Assembly: GCA_001938485.1 (NCBI GenBank)
Contig: MQRK01244657.1
Coordinates: forward strand, 53,752 to 106,742
DNA length: 52,991 nucleotides
Direction: 5' to 3'
DNA from: Girardia tigrina
Lineage: Eukaryota
A program made the position numbers and the translations under genes. A model generated the notes under the pieces. The model was not told the DNA's origin, did not search any database, and saw only the letters and a program-made list of their open reading frames with translations. Each line of letters starts with the position of its first letter. Within the stretch, counting starts at the first letter, position 1. This document shows, in pieces, positions 26,002-39,587 of the stretch.

Positions 26002-26337
26002 TTGCTGTATTCTCTTCTCTTCTATCGCTCTCCATACCTTACTCCTCCTGATTTCTTTCTTTGGGATGTGTTAAAGAATTCAGTGTATGCCAAAAAGCCG
26101 GGAACAAAAGATCAACTTGTGGCAATGATAATGAATTCTTGCACAGAAATTAGTGATGATTTATGCCGAAGTGTTTGCTATTCTGTCGTTCGAAGGACTG
26201 CAAAATGCATTGAAGAAGGCGGCCAACATTTTGAGCATTTACTCCGTTAGAATATGTACACAATATCAATGTAATAATAAATTGAATTTTTAAAACATGT
26301 GTCGTTTTGAATACCCGGTGACTTCTGACTCACCCTG
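26002..26337 (+). mobile_element. 3' fragment of a rosa/DD41D-like Tc1/mariner element
   Basis: RSPYLTPPDFFLWDVLKNSVY...CIEEGGQHFEHLL; end TCACCCTG. Confidence 0.75.
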
Positions 26338-26478
26338 GATATAAAAGATTATCTCTGCATTCCAGGAAAAAAATTTATTTATTTATTTAAATTTATTTAT
26401 TTATTTATTAACAAAAAGTTAATAGAAAATATCGAAATTGATTATATAATCATCGACTTCTCTGGTTTAGTCCATGTA

Positions 26479-26920
26479 CAGAGTGGCCCATTATCCCTGA
26501 GCTTTTTGAGATAGTCTTTTTTATTGAGGGCAAGGAGATATAATTAACAATATAAACATTTTAATAATTCGTATTAGTTCTAGTTTAAAAAAATCTTGCT
26601 CCTTGAGTGGTCGACAGATCTGAATTTTATACGGCTTCATCCTTAAATATTCTTTTAAAATTCTTTGTAAGGTGGTGCGAGGTATGCTGAGCTCTTGAGA
26701 TGCTCTTCTTGTTGATGTTGATGGCTCCTGGAGAAAAAGTTCTCGAACTTTTTCGATGTTTTCCCTCGTTCCTTTCCTTTGTTAACATCTGCGGTTTCCA
26801 AAAAACTTTGAAATAATTCGTTTAACGCTTGCATCTGAGGGTGCTCCAGTTTTTTTAAAACTACAACTAATAAGAATTATTAAAATGTATATATTGTTAA
26901 TTTTATCTCCTTCCCCTTGA
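26479..26920 (-). mobile_element. rearranged Tc1/mariner remnant
   Basis: TA-CAGAGTGGCCC end, internal inverted repeat, minus-strand HTH remnant STSTRRASQELSIPRTTL. Confidence 0.5.
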
Positions 26921-27532
26921 TACTTTGATTTTTTTTAATAAAAATTGTGCGGTGTTTCCGCTTCTTTACAATATTTCATTATAACAAATTATTATTTTTT
27001 TAACAACAATTTTCAATATAACATAATCAAATTAATAGATCTTTTTCTTTTTCACAATTGACAATTATTTCTATGGCCAGCAGCACAGACTTTCTCAAAT
27101 GACATCTCAAAATGGTTTTTAACTTATAAAATATTGATTTACTGATTTATTATTAAATTAATCATTTTAAAAAATGTGTTTTAAGAAGAAAAGATAAAGT
27201 TAATTAATAGCGTAAATTCCTAAATTTGGTCAATCATCTAAAATCTTCTCCAACACCCATCAGAAAAATATTGATAAAACTAAATAATATCATACCAAAA
27301 AAAATTTTGGTGTACAAGCTTTTATAATTTGTCATATGTTTGCGGTTCTGTATCTATTTCACCCACTTGCCACATTTTTTGGCTGAATTATCAAAGCCTA
27401 CTAGGCGAAAATCCGCTTTCTATTTGCATTTAGATGTAGCAAATTTCAAAGCCTACTACTGAGGAAAACATGAGCACGACACTTTAATTACTTTTTGCGG
27501 CCAAACTAAAGGCGGTAGATGAGCAGTGACAG

Positions 27533-27680
27533 TGAAAAAGTGTATTGTCACCTAGAATACATCAGTCCTGAAAGTTTCATGTCGCTAGGTGAGCGGGAAG
27601 TGAGTGAATTTTCGATCGCAAGATCTGATGCACCCAGACAGACAAACACAAATGAAACGTAATAAAAGTTTGTAATAAAA
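27533..27680. mobile_element. HINE/Helentron-like short element, copy 1
   Basis: Near-identical to 28287-28425; CAGA microsatellite and T/A-rich end. Confidence 0.55.
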
Positions 27681-28286
27681 AGGTAATTATTAACAACATC
27701 ACAATTTGAATGTAAACATTTATTTAAAATACAAACAGATTCTTCACAACAATTTTCAGTGGTCATCTTTCTTTGATTAATATAGTTTTTGATTAAATAT
27801 TCAAATCTAAAAAACAACGAATGGGAAACATTAATAATAAATTTTAATTTCTCATAATTTTATTGGATAAAAGTCATTACATAATTTTTTAAATAAACAT
27901 TAATTTTTAAAATATGTTACATTTAATAAGTTTAAATCATTTACTGAAAATATTATTAAAATTCATAATTATCAAACTTTAATTAATTAGTACTTAAAAT
28001 TAAATTAATTTCATTAGATTCAAATAATCAATCAATAAACATATCAATCCCATCTGAGTAGGAGAGTCACAAATCTAAACAGCTTACAAACAACAAACTT
28101 ACAACATTATAAATTATCCCTCGCAGTAATAAAAGCTTGTAATCATTATTTGGTAATTTGGTAGAGTTTTAATTTCATTCATGAAAATAAACGAAAAGAT
28201 TGATATTTAATAAAGCGTATAAATTAGTAGATAATCGTAAGTGGTTTTTTTGCAAAAAAAATTATTTTTTTTCAAAAATTTTCAAG

Positions 28287-28425
28287 AAAAAGTGTATTGT
28301 CACCAAGAATACATCAGTCCTGAAAGTTTCATGTCGCTAGGTGAGCGGGAAGTGAGTGAATCGCAAGATTTGATGCATCCAGACAGACAGACAAACAAAT
28401 GAAACGTAATAAAAGCTTGTAAAAA
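28287..28425. mobile_element. HINE/Helentron-like short element, copy 2
   Basis: Duplicate of 27533-27680; a related inverted copy lies at 30470-30615. Confidence 0.55.
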
Positions 28426-29390
28426 TTTGAAAATTTTGAATTGTGTTTAAATGAATTCAAAAATGCTTTTAATTTATTTTTCAGTTAATGTTTGATAATT
28501 GAAAATATTTAATTATTTATTTTTTTGTTTTCTGTTAGTGTTTGATAATTTTTTTAATAAATTATTTTTAGCTATTTCTGAAAATACTTTTTTGTTTTGT
28601 TTAATATTCGTTTTATATTATAATTATTTTGATTTTCTTCAGTTAATATTTGATATTTTTAAAATACTTTTCAGAGAATTATTAAGAACACCAGTGTGAC
28701 TTTTAATATTTTTATTAATACCACAAGTTTGATTGTCATCAGGACAATCGTTGTCAAAACTTTCGTCTAATTAATGCCTTTATTTTTATTATCTGAGCGA
28801 ATGGAGATTTACATAAATTTTTAAAATATTTATTCAAAATTTTATTGGTTAAAAATTATATGATTATTAATTATTTAAAAATATTAATTTAATTTATTTA
28901 TTTAAAAATTGTAAATAAAATTAATTAACATATTTAACATTTTACAATTATTTTAAATTAGAAATAAATTTAAACATAACATATTTTCAGATAATAAGAA
29001 TTAAAATATTAATCATCCATCTGGGTAAGAGAGACACATTTCCAAATCAACATACAGTATACAAAGAAAAAATATGAAATATTCAAAATATTAATATTTG
29101 ATATTTTTTCAAATATTTTTCAGCGAATGAAAATCAATTTTCTCTTATTATAATTCATTAACTATTTAATTATTTGATTTTATTCATAATAAAAGAATAT
29201 TTTTAGAAATTTATTAAATATATATAACATTAAAAAATATGAGAATCAAATTTCTAATGAAACCGAATCAAATGGTACTTAAAACAAATTAAATAGTTTA
29301 AGTAAAATTATTCTCTTAAACCAGTTGGGACATAAAACCAAGCACATCCAACGTTTCGTTTTTAATTTAACGAAAATAATCTTTTGACAG

Positions 29391-29469
29391 GAGTCATTTG
29401 GCGCTGATGCAAATCGATGGTCGATTGGTTTTGTTGAGTTTCAATAAATCGACTGATCGATTTGAGAAG
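29391..29469 (+). CDS. GTF3C4: GTF3C4 exon 4
   Basis: KSHLALMQIDGRLVLL matches the conserved LAVLT.DGRL motif; GT-AG boundaries. Confidence 0.8.
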
Positions 29470-29525
29470 GTCATTTATATTGATGGGAATCAGTTATGAA
29501 TGATTGATTCATGTTTTGGTTTTAG

Positions 29526-29564
29526 GAATTCGATTTATTGGATTTCTATCACAGATATTACAAG
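29526..29564 (+). CDS. GTF3C4: GTF3C4 exon 5 (39 nt)
   Basis: Follows a 56-nt intron; EFDLLDFYHRYYK|gtgaga, phase 0. Confidence 0.7.
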
Positions 29565-29779
29565 GTGAGACATTCTTCGATTGATTTTTACAAATAGATA
29601 ATCATATATTAAATTAATGCATTAGTTTTCCATTATTCATATTTTTTTGCATTCATTGATTGCATTAATAGTTCTATCTAGAAATTTTTGTAAAAATCTC
29701 TTTATCATTAAAGAAAATATAAAAAAATAGAGCAACATTCATCTTAAATTATTGTTAATTCAAAGATTGTAGACTGCAA

Positions 29780-30430
29780 CCATCATGAACAACGGGGAGA
29801 AAATAGCCAAATAGTTTGGGTAGGCGTGCTCAATGACAAACAGTTGGGAATAACTAGATGAAACTATAAGGTCAATGCACAGAGGTACAAGAAGAAAAAG
29901 ATTCCACTAAATCGCAGATGGCTACATAGACATCTGGATGAACTAAAACTGCTGCTAAAGGAGAAATGGTCCAAAAGGAAAAAAATATGAAAAACAAGAG
30001 CCAACAGAATTACGATAAATGGAAAGATGCGAGACTCAAAACACTTCGAAGTTTGAAGCAATGGAAAAGAGAAAGAATTGAAGACATTGGAAAGGAAATA
30101 AAAGACATATTGAACAGAGAGAAAGAAGGAAAACTAGCTGAGTTGTACACTGAACGAAGAACACTCTGTAACAGTGAAATAGAAGAAACGTGTGGGTGGA
30201 GGACATAAGTAAGAACACATTTCATGTAAGAAATAAACAAGACGAAATTTGTGACACCAGGTACTCAGGCAAAATCAAGAGTGCTGGAAATTACAATACA
30301 GACAATCCGGCCAAAAACAAACGCACTGGCTCGGAACAAATATATAGAACAATATCGAGAGATATTACAAGTACAAATTTTACAGAATATCGAAATAGAA
30401 ATATCATTTGCTTCTTTTGAAGTGTATAGA
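29780..30430 (+). mobile_element. probable RTE-like LINE linker remnant
   Basis: K/E-rich decayed ORFs resembling the APE-RT linker; no catalytic motif seen. Confidence 0.35.
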
Positions 30431-30736
30431 TCGCCCTCGAATTTGGAACGGGCACATTAAATTAGATTTTATTTTTTACCACGTTTTTCTTAGCTTGGTC
30501 TGTCTGTTTGTCTGTCTGGAACAAATCTTGCGATTGATTTTTCGACCACTTTCAGTCATCCAATTGAGCTGAATTTTTTTATACAGGCTTGCTTCCGATG
30601 ACAATACAATATTTTNNNNNNNNNNNNNNNNNNNNNNNNNNNNNNNNNNNNNNNNNNNNNNNNNNNNNNNNNNNNNNNNNNNNNNNNNNNNNNNNNNNNN
30701 NNNNNNNNNNNNNNNNNNNNNNNNNNNNNNNNNNNN

Positions 30737-30993
30737 TTTCAAGCATTACCAATGCACTAAAAAGAGGAAAATAATTTTTTTCTAGACATGTGAGAAATTT
30801 TATACCTAACCAAAAACGTGGGACATAGAAATGATCGATTGTTACTAAAAAGCAGAAGAGGAAATAGCAGTTACTAATAGCAGTAATTCAGAAATCCGCC
30901 CCACGTTTTTGGGTTAGATATAAAATTTCTCACATGTCTAGAAAAAAATTATTTTCCTCTGTTTAGTGCATTGGTAATGCTTGAAAAACGTGG
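30737..30993. mobile_element. MITE-like inverted repeat (left end in gap)
   Basis: ~85-bp near-perfect inverted arms around a ~75-bp spacer. Confidence 0.75.
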
Positions 30994-31859
30994 TTGTTTT
31001 TATAAAAATTTTCTTTTATTAATAATCTCTTTATAAGTAGCGTTTATGCCAACAGATTATCAACAGATTCAAAGCTCGTAACTCAACACCAAAATTTTAT
31101 TAATATCACAACCTCAGATTTTCAAAAAAATTTTCGTTAATTAAAATTATCATTTCGCCCCATAAATTTTATTCTACATTAAATTTTATAATATAAACTT
31201 TTGTTTTGAAATTTTGGATCAAGTAAATAAAATGATCCCTGTTAAGAGAACTCACACATTTATTACATTCACAATTATTATTATATATCTTTATGATGAT
31301 CAATAGTAGTGCTTTTACTTAGATCCATCAATCAATTTTCAATACCTCCCATTATAATCTGAACTAACTTGATAAAATTATTTTATTTAAAAATATTTAA
31401 TTTAAATTTCATTAGCTGAAATAAAATATTTTTATAGTCCTTTTTTTAACATTAATTTGATTTTAATTATTTAAAAATTTACAAAAATAAAATCATTAAA
31501 ATTATTTAAATATTGCAATAATAAAAATTAAAAATTTGAATATTAAATCTAAATTTAAATAAATTAGTTTCAGATTATAAGAAATTAAATATTGATAATC
31601 CATCTGGTTAGGAGAGACACAATCCCAAATCAAACTACAACATTTAAACATGCAAACACTGCACAAAAACATCCACACACCAATTATTCCTCACAATCCC
31701 AAAGTTGAACAATTAAATAAAACTATCCTCACAATTTACACAAGTAAATAAATTAATCCTTCTAATAAACTCAAAAATACGAAAAATAAATAATGAGTAA
31801 AATTAAATAGAATGAAAAAATTATTTACTATATTTTATTAAATCTAAAGTTTTTTTAAA

Positions 31860-32010
31860 AGGATCACTCGGAGAGCAATCTCTGCACGAAACGCCGGGAC
31901 TTACTTGATTATTTTTTAGTAGAAGCCAGGTTTACTCATAGGATAAAGAATGTTGCAAGTATTCCAAACTATGACTGCGGATCAGATCATGATTGTGTTA
32001 TGAGGGACCT
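31860..32010 (+). mobile_element. LINE APE endonuclease remnant
   Basis: LDY..VEARFTHRIKNVASIPNYDCGSDHDCV (SDH catalytic motif). Confidence 0.65.
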
Positions 32011-32455
32011 CTTTGAATCCTCCTTGGAGGATATCCGGAGAGAACGTCGTCCTCGCCCCCTATCTTTACAGCTTCGGCTCGTCTTTGCAGGGATTCATTC
32101 TCCATATATATTCATTAAGATAACTTTCTAATTGATCCTTTCTTATTCCTCTAGCTCTCATCTTGACCCAATATGACTCAATATTATGAGTATGAACACC
32201 TGTTTTAGGCTCCACAAAGCTTACGGAATGATTTATTGTCTTATGTTGAAAATTCTTCTTGACATCGCGATATACTCGCTATTTGTTGTTTCTTATAATT
32301 GTTCCTGGTTGAAAAACCTCTTTAATAATTGGCAATATCGTTGAGGCGGATTTATCGTTAACTATTTTCATAAATCCACGAGAAGGAACAAAACTTCAAA
32401 ATGGACTGTAAATGTGATTGTAATAAAAATTCAAACGAGACTTTTCTAAATGTTC

Positions 32456-32995
32456 TTAATACGGTGAATGAGGCAAAGTTTCATATCCCAGTTCGTTTAA
32501 CTTCAGCATGGTCTTTCTTGCAACATGTGGACAAGCGTTGTCATGCAGAAGAATTGACCCCTTTCTTTTGAGTAATGCTGGCCGTTTTTTTGTAGTTCTT
32601 GGTGCATTTTGCCAATTTGCTGACAATACTTTTCCACTGTAATTGTTTCGCCTTGTTTTAGGAAGCGGTAATGGATTGAACCGTGTGCGGACCCCCAAAC
32701 AGTTACCATGACTTTTTTTGTGTAATTTTGGATTCGGGAAAGGTTTTGGAGCCTCATTGAAATCCAACCACTGAGCTGAACATCGCCGGTTGTCGTATAG
32801 GATCCATTTTTCATCGCACGCTACAATTTGATCCAGAAACGGGTCGTTTTGATTACGCCAAAGCAGAGAAGAAGACACGTTAAAACGACGATTTTTTTGA
32901 TTTTCGTTTAATTCGTGCGGCACCCACTTGTCCAGCTTTTTCCCGATTTTCTTCATTTGGTGAACAACTGTTGATTGGTGAACGTTGAGTTCTTT
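32456..32995 (-). mobile_element. cecropia-subfamily mariner fragment
   Basis: KKLDKWVPHELNENQKNRRF...CDEKWILYDNRR...LLHDNA...LNELGYETLPHSPY, frameshifted. Confidence 0.9.
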
Positions 32996-34494
32996 TAAAT
33001 TTATTTATACTTGTTATCAAAATATAGAGTAAAGTTTAGGCTTTAAAGTAAATTTAAATATGAATCTATTTATTAATGATTTTCTAAATATTTCAAAAAA
33101 TGAATATTAAATACATTAAAAACGACATTTTTTGCCTCAACCTATTTACAGGGTTTTCAGTAAGATATTTTGTTCTAAATTGCCGGAACATTTTAAAATA
33201 GTAACAATTGTTGGCTTAGATATTGATAGGTCTTTCATAAAATTTTTGATTTGCTCTTCTTTTGACCATCAATAAATAATTTCCAACTAATTTGTTAACG
33301 AAATTTTATAATTTTCTAAAAAAACTACAGTTTCTTAAGGGTACATAAAATTTGTATTTAACACAGTGTTTGTTTAGACATCTTCATGCGTATTTATCTG
33401 AAACATTGAATCTGTTGACAAAGACAGTTTCCGTTAAACACTCTGGTTTTAAAAAAAAATTAATGAGATCCATATTTGAACCACTGATAAATAGCTTCTC
33501 GATTAATTCATGATCGGTACTCATTTTTAATAATACTCACTGCAAATATAAGAACAAAAATAATTACAAATCGGAAATTACACAAGTTAATAAAATTATC
33601 CTCCAAATTACACTAGTAAATAAAATTATTCCAGGATCATTTTATTTACTTGATCCGGAATTTTATTTAATCAAGCTTTTTATTACTTTTTAAAATAAAA
33701 TATACTAAACATAAAATTAATTTATTCCATTTCTAATAAAGTCTAATTAATTTGTAAAAAAACATTTTTAACTTAAAAATAATTTATTGTGTTCTATTAC
33801 ATATTTTTGAATGTTTATTAAACTTTTATTATTTTTAAAATGCGTTTATAAAATTTTATGACAAAAATAAAATGCAATGAATTTGTAAAATCTAAAAAAA
33901 TATTTACAATTAAATCCATACTATTTGTTGAAATTTTTATTTATTATGTATTTTTAAAATATATTCTAAGCACAATAAAATTAATTTTTTTTTCATTTAT
34001 ATAAACATCTAATTTTAAAATTTATTTGTATAAAACTATTATAATTTCTTAAAAATACATTTGTAGTAGCTTGATATTATAAATTTAAGCAATAAATTTA
34101 TTTACTTTATTATTTCTTTTTAAAATCTTATTTTAATAATTTCTGCTGAATATATAAATTTTTGATTTTTTAGATTTTAAACTGTTTTTTGTCTTACATA
34201 AATATTTACTTTTTGCAAAATTTAAAATTATTTAGCGAATCAAAAATTTTAACTAACTCTTTATACTCTTTAAACTTTTCACGATACCACCACCTGATAC
34301 AATAACAAGATGGAAACAGGGTTCAAAATATGATGGTTGCATTATCAATTATTTTGATCTAAATGTTCTTTATAGTAAGGGGTATTCAATATTAAAAGAA
34401 TGTTTTAGATTTTTTTCTTGATTTTTATACTTTATAGACAGATTTTATTGTTAAAAAATGAAATAAATTTTTAAGATTATTGTATTTCAATCAG

Positions 34495-35337
34495 GAGAAC
34501 TTTCTATCAGTCAGTGATTTTGACGAATCAGGCGCTGTTTTGTGTTGCAATATAGATCAATATATTCGATTAATGAGCGATTTACGATTGTTGAGCTTCA
34601 GCTGGAGCGCTTTATGTCGAAAAATAACGAATGGGAATCAATATCGATTATTGGCTGTGCTCGCAGAATCGGGGCTGATGATTGTTTGGCGAATAATCGA
34701 AAACGACTGCGAATTGATTTACCATTATCGATTTGAATCGACCGCCCTCTCTAGGCCTATGCGAATTCAGTGTTGTGATTTATCAGCTAATCGGTTAATG
34801 ATAATCGTTTATTACACCGATCAGCGGATAGTTGCTCATTTGTATCAAATAAATCGATCAATCGATGGAGATGATAAATCTTTAGAATTGATCTCAACTC
34901 ACATGGTCCGAATTCCGATAGATAATCGATTTGGATGGTGTCAATCCGTGAAGACGTGTTGGGTGATCAATCACTCTCTACTGATTGTTGGGTTCGTATC
35001 GGAGTTATTGCTGATCAAATTTGAGGTACCAGACGCGACGGAGTCAACCCCGAGTATCGGGCGAGTGTCGGCCGTGTGCTCCTGGTTTGAAACACCATCT
35101 CATGGTACTGTTACCGGTTTGGTTGTCAAGGACAATACGGTAATCTTTAGCACGAGAGACGGACATCTGTTTGTGATCAAACTGGACACGACCTTTGATC
35201 AAATTGATCTCATTCAACTTCGGTCCGAGTGCCGAGAATTGGAAAGTTCGCGAAAGGAAATTATCACATTGTTTCTGTCACCGAATGGTGCTCAATTGGG
35301 TTGTGTCATCGCGGATATCGACCGATTATCTTCTCAG
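34495..35337 (+). CDS. GTF3C4: GTF3C4 exon 6 (beta-propeller)
   Basis: 843-nt open exon; FSWS...LLAVLAESGLMIVW...LFLSPNGAQL; CAG|gtaact donor. Confidence 0.85.
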
Positions 35338-35669
35338 GTAACTTTGACTTTGGGAATATTTGCGTTTAGTTTTATTTTTAAGAAAATATTTGACTTTATT
35401 AAAGTATTAAATAGGACTGCATAATTTTATTCTGTAATAAATTATACTTTTTATTATAAAATAATAATTGATTGTAAAGAAAATAAAATATAAACTTGAA
35501 TTTATTCACGAGATACAAACTGAATATTAAACCAAATACATTTGTTTGTCATATATTCATCGTTTCATTGAATAATTTTAATTAAAATCATCGTACAAAT
35601 AATCACATTCATCAGAGAAAACAACATCCTTAACAAATTTCAATCAACATCTAATAATTATCAAAAAGC

Positions 35670-36490
35670 CTCCCCCGACTGAATGGATAACTGAGTATCG
35701 TAGAGACTGCAGTACCAGCATTGGCGTACAGGGCAGTGAGTCATAGACTCTGTATCGGGTAGAAACCAGAAATAGACAATACAGAGCCTACTGACTTTCT
35801 CATAGGGCTTTAGATGCAAGAATGCGACCTTTCAGTGCACGGACACGCTTCGGTTTCCCAGTCAGAAAGGACCAGTCATGATCCGTGATTCTGTATAGCT
35901 TTGGCTGTGTAAGCACGTTTCGTACAATGAGTAAAGGGGCACAGAAATATCTCCACATTGTATTACTTAACCGAAAGTCGAGAATCACCATTGGAATTAA
36001 TACAGAGTCCGTTTCCAGGGTACCGTTAAATGGCACTGACACATCATGCATCACAATCGGGTTCGAAGATTTGGTACATCCTTCATCTACGTTAGTTTGT
36101 TAAACGCTAGTATCACTGGTACTGCCTTGGATTCGGTGATCGATCAATAAATGTCGCTTTAACTATCCATTCATTTCGCTTTATAGGACTTGTGACAATT
36201 TTCTAAGAGAAATTGGAAAGGTTTGTCACCATTCTGACACAGAGGCGTCGTGACTGTATGCACATTTTTGATGTGTTTTTAGTTCCTTCTGTTCCGCAAA
36301 AGCTTTGAAACAAAGATGCGTTCATTGAAATCTTTTGATACGCGGCTGCAGCATTTTCAGATACTTTTTTTCTCTATTCAATCACTTCTGTCAGTTTTTG
36401 ATCAGGTAGTTAAATTCTTTGTTAGTGTCGAGAATTCCCCTCCCATTCAAGTATTCCGTGTATTCGACCAATTGCGTCATCATTTCATTC
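35670..36490 (-). pseudogene. decayed C2H2 zinc-finger gene or element fragment
   Basis: RFQ*THLCFKAFAEQKELKTHQ.VHT...GDKPFQFLLENCHKSYK...LKRHLLIDH across frameshifts (36130-36340). Confidence 0.55.
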
Positions 36491-36599
36491 AAAACATTCA
36501 ATTATTTAATAATAATAATTTAATAATCTCTACGCAATTGTTCATGTACACAACTGTCTGGTCAGCAACCAGAGCATATCGCGGCCGATACACTCATTC

Positions 36600-37100
36600 A
36601 TCAACAACTTTTTAAACCCGCTTACTTTTCTATTTCCTGAGGCCATTTCAGAGTTTAATACTCCTTTTATTTTACATGCACCTTTTGGTCTATTGTGCTC
36701 AAAAAATACAATAAGCCGTTTCACCAGTTCCACATGCGCCTCGGTCAAACAAATTGATATATCCGTATTACGTATTCTGTCAAGTTTAGTTTTACCAAGA
36801 GCAGTGCATGTGCAGGTACTATGAAAACTTATAGCCGGGCTATCTCTTTTTCAGGTGTTGTCCAGCACTCACTCCCATAATACACTACCGGAAAAATACT
36901 TGATTCGAATGGTCTTCTTTTCAGCGCTATAGGAACTCGGTTACTTTGAATCGCAGGCTACAGTTCTCGTAACTTTCTCATTCCACAACATAACCGCTGA
37001 CCGATTACCCGACTGTAGCTACCACATGTGATCAATATACTACCGAGGTAACAGAACTCGTTCACCATTTCTATGACTTTTTAATAGTAATTTTCTAACA
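36600..37100 (-). mobile_element. RTE-clade LINE reverse transcriptase C-terminal remnant
   Basis: EMVNEFCYLGS...PVVYYGSECW...LGKTKLDRIRNTDI. Confidence 0.8.
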
Positions 37101-37189
37101 ACCCTCTCATAATTATATCTCACATAATTTGGAAAATATGATAATATATTTCTAAAATGAATGTTTTTTTTAAGAAATATTAAGACTGA

Positions 37190-37560
37190 TCACCCTTTTA
37201 AATTTCCAACCTCTTATCAGATCTTCAACTTTTCATAGCTGTTTACCACGTGAATGTTTCATCATATGCCTGATGAGGTAAAATCACTGAGATCAAGGTC
37301 TGGACTGTACTGTAAGGAGGATTAACCAATAGGTCCAATCTATTTTTTCCAAAACTCGTATGGATGCTGCAATTTTCTGGTTCCGTGCGTTGTCCTGGAT
37401 AAATCACATGAGAATGTTGCGTTTCTTTTCCTGACAAAAATCAGACTAATGTGCACAGTTATTTTTCTTATCTTTTTATGACTGATTTTACACTATCATA
37501 TAAATATTATTATAAAATCCTTCATCGTCCAAATGTTCAATGCCAAATCTTTATGTACCC
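37190..37560 (-). mobile_element. degenerate mariner remnant
   Basis: QDNAR and NPPYS..PDL motifs in shifted frames. Confidence 0.55.
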
Positions 37561-37686
37561 GTTTCACAAAGAATGAAGAAAGAATCGAAAATAAGAAAAT
37601 CATTATTTCAAAACTTAAAAGGTATTCTTAAAATAGAAAATTTCTACACACTAAAAAAAGTTTCTTCCAAACTAATGGTGTTTTAA

Positions 37687-38458
37687 GGAAATACACCAAC
37701 ACTTCACTTTGCGTTTGGGTACGTTCCAAAAAACACGACACAAATTAAAACAACGCAAAGTGTTATAAGATTTTCTATAGCAACCATGGGAAGATCGAAG
37801 ACAGGTTCCAGGATTACGAAAATTCTACTTTTACAAAGAAAATTGAACAAAGTAAACATTTAAAAAACAAAAATAATATAAAATTTACCTCATTTTGCGC
37901 CGGGATTACGTTCTAAAGAAACACGAAGCAAATTTTTGTCACAAAACTGATAGTTTTTTTTTATTTTTGGTAATTGTACCAGTAGCGCCCTTTCCACTCT
38001 TTTGACTAAAAAGTTACAAGTGTATGTACAAAATTTTATAACTGTATCTAAAAAAAATTGGAATATTTGGAAAATCTTTACCTTTTTTGTAACCAGAAAC
38101 AACCCGTAAAAAATCATAAAAATTTATTATTATCTTTAAAAAAAGCACAACACACTAATTGAAACGTTACAAAAAGCACGACTCCACTACATAATTGAAA
38201 CTGAACTCTAAAATTAGCAAAACAAAGTGAAAATAAAACTGTATTAAAATTGCGTTGATTTTCAGTTAGAAAGGGAATCCCCGAGTTTTAATGGTATCGC
38301 GCAATTAGAAAAAAAAGGGGTACCATCTTTTAGAAAAAAAGACTCCAACTGAAAACAACGAAATCTCGAAAATCTAACGACTCACAGTCAAAATTAGTAC
38401 TTATTAAGCAGCAACGCAACTTCGAAAATATGCAAAGCGCGATTTTGGTGTACGATGT
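37687..38458. mobile_element. possible Kolobok-like non-autonomous element
   Basis: TTAA flanks; imperfect inverted ends TACACCAACACTTCACTTTGCG / GCAAAGCGCGATTTTGGTGTA. Confidence 0.4.
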
Positions 38459-38562
38459 TTAAAGTATTTTTATTTCTAAACTGCTAATACTGAATTACTT
38501 TCTAAAATACATATTATATGTACAAGTAATGTTAGTTCAATATAATGGACTCAATATTACAG

Positions 38563-39340
38563 TCTGCGCATGGTACTCTATTCGATTTGGTTTTAATCAC
38601 GCTAATGTCTGAGAAAGAGTTACTAAGCATACTCATGGACAACAGCCGACCACTTTGGCGAAAGGGAGATGTGCTTGAGGTATTGCGGCAGATTTACTGG
38701 GGACAGCGCCACATGTATAACTCAGCCTTATCGCGTCTTGCACGCTGTGAGATCGTTTGGGAGTGCGGTGATATTTACGGACTACAATTAGCACGTCTTT
38801 TGTGTGTTCTATTCGGATATCGTCTCGACCAGAGCTTGGAGCAACACCGCTCATCGAATGATATGATACGGATGCGGCGACTAGAGTCTCACCTTGTCAT
38901 CAACTCGGTGCTAAACTCAATTGATTCTCTCATCAAATGTGAAAAGATTGATCGATCAGAGAGTGATTTCTGGCTCTCGCTGTTACTCGCGGTGCGCGTG
39001 CGAATTGCGATCAGTAACATCGTCACTGATCAATCGATTGCTGTCCTTAATCTCAGACAAGCCTGTGAGACCGCCGTTAAGAATACTCGCGGCATTCTAG
39101 CTGCACAATATGGGGCCAAAGATATTGACCTCGATCGGTGCGAGTCAGAAACGTTAAAGTGTGTTTGTCCCGTGTGTCAGGACAATTGCGCGTTTAGTCT
39201 ACACGCTTGCAGTTGCCACAAAGGTCATGTGACACAGCGTTGTTGCAAGACTCTCGAGCTGTGCACTGCAGACACCGCTGTTGACAAATGTACATTGTGT
39301 GGAGCTGTTCAGATATCTCGAAACAATTCCACAATCACGA
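38563..39340 (+). CDS. GTF3C4: GTF3C4 exon 7 (start of the C-terminal zinc-binding domain)
   Basis: CPVC...CHKGHVTQRCCKT...CTLC is the zf-TFIIIC pattern; A|gtgagt donor (phase 1). Confidence 0.85.
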
Positions 39341-39406
39341 GTGAGTGAAATTTTATGCGATTTTGATATTTATTGATTGAATTCTAATAATAAAATGAAT
39401 TTAATA

Positions 39407-39587
39407 CTCCCTCTGTCCCATATTACTGTATAGTTTTCTGCTTTTTATTTGTCCCACATTACTGTATAGTTTTCTTTAAAATTCTATATTAAAATTCATA
39501 AGAGAAAAAAAATTAAGTAAATGTTCATATTCGTGATAATCCACGGTCTCAAAGAGAAAACTATATAGTAATATGGGACAGAGGGAG
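39407..39587. mobile_element. Stowaway-like MITE
   Basis: TA-CTCCCTCTGTCCCATATTACTGTATAGTTTTCT ... AGAAAACTATATAGTAATATGGGACAGAGGGAG-TA. Confidence 0.85.

Noticed and set aside
28720-28790. Minus-strand GAAA...hairpin...CTGATGA hammerhead-like motif
   Set aside because: Stem II cannot pair and stem III is too short
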